Below are positions 34,700 through 44,489 of a stretch of 44,489 bases of DNA, one piece after another. A model generated the notes under the pieces. That model made no database searches. It saw only the letters and a list, made by a program, of their open reading frames with translations, and was not told the origin of the DNA. The DNA comes from Sphyrna mokarran (taxonomy: Eukaryota), in assembly GCA_024679065.1 (NCBI GenBank), contig JAGIQG010000271.1, forward strand, positions 1 to 44,489. Direction: 5' to 3'. The translations under genes were made by a program, and so were the position numbers. Within the stretch, counting starts at the first letter, position 1; every line of letters starts with the position of its first letter.

Positions 34700-37582
34700 T
34701 TCGGGGGGGGGGTGGGATCCTAAGTAGTTGGGGTGCTGAGAGGGATGAGAGTAAGGGGGTTATAGAAGAGAGTTGTAAAACACAGCGGCGTACGGGTGGG
34801 GTGGGGCATGGTTTGAAATGCGTATACTTTAATGCAAGGAGTATTCGCAATAAGGGGGAGGAACTTGCAGCTTGGACCAGTACCTGGAACTTCGATGTTG
34901 TGGCCATTTCAGAGACTTGGGTAGAGCAGGGACAGGAATGGATGTTGCAGGTTCCGGGGTACAAATGCTTTAGTCGGAGTAGAGAAGGAGGTAGAAGGGG
35001 GGGAGGAGTGGCGTTATTGGTCAAAGACTGTATCACGGTGATAGAAAAGAAGTTTGATGAGGACTTGTCTGTTGAGGTAGTATGGGCTGAGATTAGAAAC
35101 AGGAGAGGAGAGGTCACCCTGTTGGGAGTCTTTTACAGACCTCCTAATAGTTCTAGAGAGGTTGAGGAAAGGATTGCGAAGTCAATTCTGATTAGGAGTG
35201 AAAGTAGTAGGGTAATTGTGATGGGGGACTTTAACTTTGCTAATATTGATTGGAATAGCTATAGCTCTAGCTCGTTAGAGGGGTCAGTTTTCGTACAGAG
35301 TGTGCAGGAAGGTTTTTTGACTCAGTATGTAGATAGGCCAACTAGAGGTGAGGCTACATTGGATTTGGTGCTGGGCAATGAGCCAGACCAGGTGTTAGGC
35401 TTGGAAGTTAGTGAACATTTTGGTGATAGTGACCACAATTCGGTTACGTTCACCTTAGTGATGGACAGGGATAGGCATGAAGCTGGGGGCTGTAGTTATA
35501 GCTGGGGGAAGGGTAATTATGAGGCCATCAGGAGAGAATTAGGGTGCGTAGATTGGACTAGGGAACTACAGGGACTGGGAACATCTGGAATGTGGTGCTT
35601 ATTCAAGGAGCAGCTGCTGAGAGTCCTTGATAAGTATGTCCCTGTCAGGCAGGGAGGAAATGGTACGAGTAAGAGAGCCTTGGTGTACGAAAAGAGTTGA
35701 TTTGCTGGTTAAGAAGAAAAAGGAGGCTTATGTCAGGATGAGGCTTGAAGGCTCAGGTAGTGCAATGGATAGCTATAGATTAGCTAGGAAGGAGGTAAAA
35801 AGTGAATTGAGGAGAGCTAAGAGGGGACACGAGAAGATGTTGGCTGATAGGATTAAGGAGAATCCTAAAGCTTTCTTTCGATATGTTAAGAATAGAAGAT
35901 TGGTTAGGGCAAGATTAGGGCCAGTCATAGATAGCAGTGGGAAGTTGTGCGTGGAGCCTGAAGAGATTGGCGAGGCACTGAATAAATATTTCTCTTCGGT
36001 ATTCACGCAGAGTGCTGGAAATGTAGCTGTGGAGAGCACTGAGGTACAGGGTTGCAAATTGGGGAGTATTGTAGTAGATAGGGAGGATGTGTTAGAAATT
36101 CTCGAGGGTTTGAAGTTGGATAAGTCCCCTGGGCCGGACGGGATTTACCCTAGGATTCTCTGGGAGGCAAGAGAGGAGATTGCAGAGCCTCTGGCTCTGA
36201 TCTTCAGGTCCTCGTTGGTTACGGGTGTGGTTCCGGAGGACTGGAGGATGGCGAATGTGGTCCCATTGTTTAAGAAGGGGAAGAGAGACCTTCCTGGGAA
36301 TTATAGGCCAGTGAGTCTTACTTCTGTTGTGGGCAAGGTATTGGAGAGAATTATTAGGGATAGGATTTATAGTTATTTAGAGAGAAATGAATTGATTGGG
36401 GATAGTCAGCATGGTTTCGTGAAGGGTAGGTCATGCCTTACTAACCTCATTGAGTTTTTTGAGAAAGTGACCAGAGAGGTGGATGGGGGTAAGGCGGTTG
36501 ATGTAGTATATATGGACTTTAGTAAGGCTTTTGATAAGGTGGCCCATGGAAGACTTCTACAGAAAATGCAGATGTGTGGAATAGAGGGTGATTTAGCTAA
36601 TTGGATTAGAAATTGGCTGGCAGATAGAAGACAGAGGGTGGTGGTTGATGGGAGATATTCATCGTGGAGTTCGGTGACGAGTGGTGTGCCTCAGGGGTCT
36701 GTTTTGGGGCCCCTGCTGTTTGTAATTTTTATAAATGATCTGGATGAGGGTATTGAGGGATGGATCAGTAAATTTGCAGATGATACTAAAGTTGGTGGAG
36801 TGGTAGATAGTGAAGAGGGGTGTTTTAGTTTACAGAGTGACTTGGACAAGTTGCAGAGCTGGGCCGAGAGGTGGCAAATGGAGTTTAATGTGGAAAAGTG
36901 TGAGGTAATGCACTTTGGCAGGAACAATAAATGTGTAGAGTATAGGGCTAATGGTAGGGCTCTTAATAGTGTTGAGGAACAGAAGGATCTTGGTGTATGT
37001 GTCAATAGATCCCTGAAAGTAGGCAGTCAAGTGGATAAAGTTGTTAAGAAGGCATATGGAGTCTTAGCTTTTATTGGTAGGGGGATTGAATTTAGGAGCC
37101 GCAGCATCATGTTGCAACTGTACAAAACTCTAGTGCGGCCGCACTTGGAGTATTGTGTGCAGTTCTGGTGCCCACATTATAAGAAAGATGTGGAGGCATT
37201 GGAGAGGGTACAGAGGAGGTTTACCAGGATGTTGCCTGGTATGGAGGGCAGGTCTTATGAAGAGAGGTTGAAGGATTTGAGGTTGTTTTCGTTAGAAAGG
37301 AGGCGGCTAAGAGGGGATCTTATTGAAACATATAAGATGATTAGAGGTTTAGATAGGGTGGACAGTGATAGCCTTTTTCCTAGGATGGAGAAAGCTAGCA
37401 CGAGGGGACACAGCTTTAAATTAAGGGGTATGAGTTATAGGACGGATATCAGAGGTAGGTTCTTTACTCAAAGAGTGATTAGGGAGTGGAATGCCCTGCC
37501 TGCAGCTGTTGTAGATGCGCCAAGTTTGGTGGCGTTTAAGAGGTTAGTTGATAAGTATATGGATAGGAAGGGAATGGTTTAG
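34690..37582 (+). CDS. CR1 ORF2p: APE endonuclease + reverse transcriptase, with one extra base (frameshift) near 35665
   Basis: NARS, ETW, GDFN, LDL and SDH (APE) in ORF 34801..35700; QHGF, DFSKAFD, GVPQGSVLGP and FADD (RT) in ORF 35627..37582. Confidence 0.93.
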
Positions 37583-37678
37583 TTAGGAGGGGCATTGCTT
37601 TTTATTTTGGTCGGCACAACATCGAAGGCCGAAGGGCCTGTTCTGTGCTGTATTGTTCTATGTTTCTATGTTCTATGT

Positions 37679-38137
37679 TCTTTGAGTAAAGAACCTACCT
37701 CTGATATCCGTCCTATAACTCATACCCCTTAATTTAAAGCTGTGTCCCCTCGTGCTAGCTTTCTCCATCCTAGGAAAAAGGCTATCACTGTCCACCCTAT
37801 CTAAACCTCTAATCATCTTATATGCTTCAATAAGATCCCCTCTTAGCCGCCTCCTTTCTAACGAAAACAACCTCAAATCCTTCAACCTCTCTTCATAGGA
37901 CCTGCCCTCCATACCAGGCAACCTCCTGGTAAACCTCCTCTGTACCCTCTCCAATGCCTCCACATCTTTCTTATAATGTGGCGACCAGAACTGCACACAA
38001 TACTCCAAGTGCGGCCGCACTAGAGTTTTGTAAAGCTGCAACATGATGCTGCGGCTCCTAAATTCAATCCCCCTACCAATAAAAGCTAAGACTCCATATG
38101 CCTTCTTAACAACTTTATCCACTTGACTGCCTACTTT
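37679..38137 (-). mobile_element. 5' part of the same split antisense CR1-A copy
   Basis: Resumes exactly at tctttgagtaaagaacc; ORF 37673..38122 encodes the ORF2 C-terminus. Confidence 0.92.
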
Positions 38138-38614
38138 TCAATTACTATAAAGAACCATGAAACATCCTGTGGGCGGGATTGTTTCTATCTGAAGCAGGAC
38201 GCTTACCATCTTACGGAAACAATGACAAATATGCCCAGTTGAAGACCATACAAAGAAAAGAGGCAGTGCTAACTGCTTGCATGTTAGCCCTTCAATGCTT
38301 TTGATCAGCACAACTTTCAATGCATATTTTTTGTTACACAATTGTATAAAATGTAGAGCGCAAATTGGGATCATTCGGCCCATCTGCTCTGTGCTGTTTT
38401 TATTGTCCACCTTTGCCTCATCGTATTTCCTCATCATATCACCTCATCAACTATTCTTCTATTCATTTCTCTCTGCTCCCTCTCTCCAACTCATTCATTA
38501 CATTCCCTTCTGCTATTCATCTCAAATATTTCCTGTCATAGTGTGTTCTACACACTTCCACTTTTTGTTCACTTTGGTTTGCCGGGTTAAAAAAAAAGGT
38601 AAAGTCTACGAACA

Positions 38615-39270
38615 GGTAAGAAGCGACTCGAGAATAGCTCTTTCTCTGCCGCCATCGGACTTTTGAATGGCCGGACCTTATATTTGTATGATCTTTCTCA
38701 GCAACCTAATTGTGACTGTGGCGTTATGATCTGCACCCTCCCCTTTCAAAGAACAAAGAAAAACAAAAAACAAGACAGCACGGAAACAGGCACTTCGGCC
38801 CCACAAGCCCGCGCCGCCATTTTAACATTGTGAGTCCCCTCCTCTACCTATGACCTTTGTCTACGTCTTTTGAACTCCACAATAAAGGAACCATAACCAG
38901 ATTCAAGGAAGAGTAATTTAGGGACAATTTGTTAACACCAATCAATCTAAGAGCAAGTTTTGGGGTATGGGAGGGAACTGGAGCACCCGGAGAAAACCCA
39001 CGCAAGCACAGGGAGAATGTGCAAACTCCTACAACTTTCCATCTCCCCATGTACTCTATGTTCGGTATGCTTTGTCACTGTAGCACACAAAAAAAAAACA
39101 ATACTTTTCATTGCATATCAATACATGTAAAAGTATTGAATCAAATCTATGCACATCATGAACGGTATGATTTGTCTGTATAGCGCGTGAAATGATACTT
39201 TTCACTGTGCGCCAAGAATACATATTAACTGTGGCAATAATCGATTGCATCAATTCGAATCAAATCCAAT
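38615..39270 (+). mobile_element. Possible Rex/Babar-type LINE 3' remnant interrupted at 38748-39030
   Basis: RLENSSFSAAIGLLN-like coding end and tandem 3' UTR motifs; recognition from memory only. Confidence 0.4.
38748..39030 (-). mobile_element. V-SINE-like/CR1-B-related 3' fragment
   Basis: CAAAGAA tail, ggcacttcggccc stem-loop, ggagcacccggagaaaaccca core. Confidence 0.65.
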
Positions 39271-40479
39271 CAAATTCTCCCGAGTGTCTCGAATTTCCTA
39301 TTTAATTTACTAGTGACTAGCTTAAACTGTTGACCCATTCATTAGAAATCCTGCGTCAGCATTTTAAACATTTCTGTATTCGTAATTGTCTCTTTCCTTA
39401 CAATCCTCAGTAGTCATTTGTTTTAGAGAGAAGAGCTCCTGCCTATTCAATGCTGTCAGATAGTTAGGGCCTATCAATTCTGCTGTCAATCTTGTGAAGT
39501 ATTTAGAACACTGTTCCATTGACATCTTTATCATTATCAGATTAAGAGCCTCCGTGCTCTGTTTTCAAACTCTGGTCCACCTGATATGGGTAGGTATTTT
39601 GGAAAATGTGCTCAGTGCGTTGCCACACTTGGGCCTGTAGTAAACAGGAAAACCACAGAGAACTTTCTACATCAGTTTTATTTTCCAAAACCAATTGTGT
39701 ATGTATTAATAAGCACAGAGCACAGCATTCACACTGCATATTTCACACCTCCTTCACAGAGAGGACAAGAGCAATTTCGCAGTGAGATTCGGATTGAGAT
39801 TCACACTCCCACCGATCGGGTCAAGGACAATGCGTTTGTTTGGCGTTTGTGTATTGTTCCATCTCTTCCAGGGTGAGATATCCTTGCCAAATTAAGGTAG
39901 AGTGCATACGGATTTGTATGTTGTAAATATGGAGATACTATTTTAATTGTGGGTCTGTGATCAGAGAGAAGCAGTTTGAAGTAAATCGGGACAAGTAACA
40001 TATTATTGCCAAATGAAACCGTTGTTAAAACGGGAGGTGTAAGCAGATCAAAGAGCAGATTTGGATCAAAAATGTGTCATGAACAAAAATTGCAGAGATA
40101 TGGGGGAAACAAGAAAAGTCGGAGCTAGAACTAATTAGATAAATCTATCAAAGGTGCAGCAGAGTTACTGGTGGCGGAATGGTCTCCAACTGTGCTCTGC
40201 GGTGATGTGATTATGCAGTTTGGCATGCACATTTAATATGAAACAAAACAAATATTAACGAAGGGGAAAATGTTGTGTATTAATCAATAACAATTAATGA
40301 AAATGATATAAAGCGAATCATCAAATGCCTCCAGTAGAGGAATAGGATATTCGATCCATTGAACAATCACCATCAATAATCTCAAATGGGTATATTTATC
40401 CAACTAATCTCGCTGATATTGGGAATAGTTGAGCATGTCCAATCGACATTACCTGCGTATCTTTGGACACGAAAGCGCG

Positions 40480-40755
40480 ATTTTGTTTGGCCAATCCCCC
40501 TAACCCGCACATTTGTGGAAAATAAGGGGTAATTTTGCATGGCAAATGCTCCTATCCTACTCATCCTTGGCCTTTAAAGGGCAATTTAGCATGGCCAACC
40601 CACATCGCCGACATGTTCTGGGACACCAAGACAGGATTTTGCATGGCCAATCCATGCATTTTGCGTATGGGAGGGAACCAGAGCACTCAGAGGAAACCCA
40701 CAAAGACACGGGGAGAACGTTCAAACTCCACGCAGGAAATCGCTCAAGGCCAGAA
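40480..40755 (-). mobile_element. Degenerate HE1/V-SINE-like SINE
   Basis: gggcaatttagcatggccaa and gaggaaacccacaaagacacggggagaa. Confidence 0.65.
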
Positions 40756-41150
40756 TAAAACACGAGGCTCGGGTTCATTGTTAAGTGTACCCGGGATTAA
40801 AGCTGTAAATTTTATCCAGTGAAAATATAGGCATCTGTGGAGAAGGGATCTATTCAAGTAGAACGTTCGACTAAATTACCTACTTTGCCCAAAGATAGTG
40901 CATAAGAAGCAAAGAGTATAGATGACAGAATATATTCTCTGAGAAGTGTTGCTTTGTTGAAGTTCTTTAATTTATTACATTCACAAATATCTGGAATTAA
41001 GAATTTACTGATGACCATGAAAACATTCTCAATTGTTAGAAACCTCCCCCCCCCTCCCCCGTGGTTCACTGATGTCCTTAGGCAAAGAAATCTGCCGTCC
41101 TTATCTGATCTGGCCTGCATGTGACATCCGAGCCATTCCATTGTGGTTGA

Positions 41151-41964
41151 GGAGATCTGCTAGATGTGTACAAAATTTTGATGGGAATTGATAGAGTAAA
41201 CAGGCCCAAGCTTTTTCCTAGATGGACTCAAATACCACGAGGGGTCACGGGCTTAGGGTGAGGGGGTAAGGTATAATTTGGATGCTAGAGGGAGTTTTTT
41301 AACACAGAGGGTGGTGGGGTATGGAATACGCTGCCAAGTAAAGTGGTGGAGGCAGGTACTTTGGAGTTATTTAAGAAATATTAGATGGGCACACGAACAG
41401 AATGGGAATGGAGGGGTATAGAAAACTGATTTAAAGTAGGGATCATGAGCCTTGGGAATCCCTGGGAAGTGTGTAAATAGATGATGATATTGGTGTATTT
41501 TATCCTACAGGTGCTTTGGTCCACCTTGTTGTCTAATGAGGGGCATACACGCGATGGGTCGTGAGAGGACTGCTCTTGGATCTTTTTCGAGAGTATCCTA
41601 CTACTTCACGTTGTTAGTGTATGCTTGACCTGGACCATCTGATGGTAACACGACAGCTCAGTGACTATCGCTGTGCTGTGCAGATACATGGATTTGGGCT
41701 TGTGTCTGTGGGAGTTTGCGCATTCTCCCCGTGTTTGCGTGGGTTTTCTCGGGAGCTCCGGCTTCCTCCCACATCCCAAAGATGTGCTCTTAGGCTAATT
41801 GGCAAAACAAATTCTCCCTAAATTGTCTCAAATTTGGTTTTTAATCCATAGATCTGTAAACATGAACAGGAATCGCGAGTAGAGATGGGAATATCGGGGT
41901 TGCGGGGCGGGGTCGTTGGGCCGAAGGGCCTGTTTCCCGTGCTGTTTTGTTCTTTGTTTTTTGT
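41151..41964 (+). mobile_element. CR1 subfamily B 3' end with long 3' UTR, nested in a SINE
   Basis: Same sequence as the two other B copies; SINE halves at about 40990-41150 and 41965-42030. Confidence 0.88.
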
Positions 41965-42149
41965 ACTCTCCAACGGCAGACAGGGATGGGCAATAAAAGC
42001 TAACCAGCCATCGACGCCCAAGTCCCATGAATAAATAATAATAAAAAAATATATAATTCCCATGTAACCACTCCGGTGTTTCAACGAAACTTGTGGGAGA
42101 ATTGAGTCAGATTCCGCCTTTAGAATGTGACACGAAAACGGTGCAATCA

Positions 42150-42800
42150 TAACACTGCAAGACCATAAGACAAAAGAGCAGAATAGAGCAATCGACCCAT
42201 TGAGCCTATTCTACCATTCAATAATGGTTATTTCTTTCTCTCATCCCCATTCTCCTATCTTTTCCCATAAGCCCTAATGCCCTATTAATCAATAATCTAT
42301 TTATCTCTGTCTTAAACGCACTTAATGACATGGTTTCCACAGTCTTCCGTGGCAGAGCTCCACGGATTATCTGGCTAAAGAAATTCCTCCTCATTTCAGT
42401 TTTAAGGGATTGTCCCTTCAGCGTGTGGTTGTGCCCCCTGTTTCTAATTTTTCCTGCTAGTGGAAACACCCTTTCCACATCCACTCTATCCAGGCCTCAC
42501 AGTGTTGTGCAATTTTCAATAAGTTCTCGCCTCATCCTTCTAAACGCCACCCAGTATAGACCTAGAGTCCTCAATCTTTCCTCATACGACAAGCTCTTCA
42601 TTACAGGGATCATTCTTGTGAAACTTTTCTGGATGTCTTCCAAACGAGCACATCTTTCCTTTGATATGGGGCCCCAGACTGCTCGCAATGCTCCAAATGG
42701 GTCTGACGAGAACTTCATGCAGACTCCCAATTACAATCCTGTGCTTGTATTCCAGCCCTCTCGACATGAATGTGAACATTGATTTTTTTTTCTTCCAAAT
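42150..42800 (-). pseudogene. Decayed CR1 3' region
   Basis: ORFs 42218..42484 and 42497..42730 (LSYEERL, EMRRNFFSQ). Confidence 0.75.
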
Positions 42801-42832
42801 TGCCGACGAACCCCTGCACGTGAACTTTAGGA

Positions 42833-44489
42833 GAACATAGAACATAGAACATAGAACAATACAGCACAGAACAGGCCCTTCGGCCTTCGATGTTGTGCCG
42901 ACCAAAATAAAAGCAATGCCCCTCCTAACTAAACCATTCCCTTCTCTTCCATATACTTATCAACTAACCTCTTAAACGCCACCAAACTTGGCGCATCTAC
43001 AACAGCTGCAGGCAGAGCATTCCACTCCCTAATCACTCTTTGAGTAAAGAACTACCTCTGATATCCGTCCTATAACTCATACCCCTTAATTTAAAGCTGT
43101 GTCCCCTCGTGCTAGCTTTCTCCATCCTAGGAAAAAGGCTATCACTGTCCACCCTATCTAACCTCTAATCATCTTATATGCTTCAATAAGATCCCCTCTT
43201 AGCCGCCTCCTTTCTAACGAAAACAACCTCAAATCCTTCAACCTCTCGTCATAGGACCTGCCCTCCATACCAGGCAACATCCTGGTAAACCTCCTCTGTA
43301 CCCTCTCCAATGCCTCCACATCTTTCTTATAATGTGGCGACCAGAACTGCACACAATACTCCAAGTGCGGCCGCACTAGAGTTGTGTACAGCTGCAACAT
43401 GATGCTGCGGCTCCTAAATTCAATCCCCCTACCAATAAAAGCTAAGACTCCATAAGCCTTCTTAACAACTTTATCCACTTGACTGCCTACTTTCAGGGAT
43501 CTATTGACCCATACGCCAAGATCCTTCTGTTCCTCAACACTATTAAGAGCCCTACCATTAGCCCTATACTCTACACATTTATTGTTCCTGCCAAAGTGCA
43601 TTACCTCACACTTTTCCACATTAAACTCCATTTGCCACATCTCGGCCCAGCTCTGCAACTTGTCCAAGTCACTCTGTAAACTATAACACCCCTCTTCACT
43701 ATCTACCACTCCACCGACTTTAGTGTCATCTGCAAATTTACTGATCCATCCCTCAATACCCTCATCCAGATCATTTATAAAAATTACAAACAGCAGGGGC
43801 CCCAAAACAGACCCCTGAGGCACACCACTTGTCACCCAACTCCACGATGAATATCTCCCATCAACCACCACCCTCTGTCTTCTATCTGCCAGCCCATTTC
43901 TAATCCAATTAGCTAAATCACCCTCTATTCCACACATCTGCATTTTCTGTAGAAGTCTTCCATGGGCCACCTTATCAAACGCCTTACTAAAGTCCATATA
44001 TACGACATCAACCGCCTTACCCCCATCCACCTCTCTGGTCACTTTCTCAAAAAACTCAATGAGGTTAGTAAGGCATGACCTACCCTTCACGAAACCATGC
44101 TGACTATCCCCAATCAATTCATTTCTCTCTAAATAACAATAAATCCTATCCCTAATAATCCTCTCCAATACCTTGCCCACAACAGAAGTAAGACTCACTG
44201 GCCTATAATTCCCTGGAAGGTCTCTCTTCCCCTTCTTAAACAATGGGACCAGATTCGCTATCCTCCAGTCCTCCGGAACCACACCCGTAACCAACGAGGG
44301 CCTGAAGATCAGAGCCAGAGGCTCTGCAATCTCCTCTCTTGCCTCCCAGAGAATCCTAGGGTAAATCCCGTCCGGCCCCGGGGACTTATCCAACTTCAAA
44401 CCCTCGAGAATTTCTAACACATCCTCCCTATCTACTACAATACTTCCCAATTTGCAACCCTGTACCTCAGTGCTCTCCATAGCTACATT
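42833..44489 (-). mobile_element. CR1-A copy (RT region to 3' tail), running off the window end
   Basis: ORF 43158..44480 is nearly identical to the ORF2 at 35627..37582; (CATAGAA)n tail at about 42833. Confidence 0.95.

Larger units (their letters stand above)
32123..37685 (+). mobile_element. Full-length CR1-clade LINE (subfamily A), near intact
   Basis: 5' monomer array, ORF1, ORF2 (APE + RT), 3' stem-loop GGCCGAAGGGCC, (TTCTATG)n tail; TSD TCTTTGA at 32117-32123 and 37679-37685. Confidence 0.97.

Noticed and set aside
34360-37030. Antisense ORFs within CR1 copies
   Set aside because: They are by-products of codon bias on the opposite strand of the LINE ORFs, with no independent support

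Overview
Eukaryotic, repeat-dense vertebrate DNA, very probably cartilaginous fish (shark): the CR1/HER1-type LINEs carry (TTCTATG)n tails and occur with HE1/V-SINE-like tRNA SINEs. One host gene can be assembled by hand on the minus strand (about 10770 to 947). It has 8 coding exons, all with GT-AG introns and consistent phases, and encodes a 342-aa type I membrane IgSF receptor: leader, a germline-joined VJ-type V domain, a C1-set domain, a Cys-containing stalk, an uncharged TM, and a basic tail with TYASL. This is a non-rearranging antigen-receptor-like (VJ-C1/PRARP-like) architecture. The rest is mostly retrotransposon. A near-intact full-length CR1 (32123-37685) has about 6.8 tandem 220-221-bp 5' promoter-like monomers, a zinc-finger/esterase ORF1, a T-TTA-AAC slippery site at the ORF1/ORF2 junction and a single frameshift in ORF2; it is inserted into an antisense copy of its own family. 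There are also many truncated CR1 copies from at least three subfamilies (one with a long, structured, SINE-containing 3' UTR), two SINE families and two local tandem duplications. All coordinates were read by eye, and the boundaries of degraded repeats are approximate.
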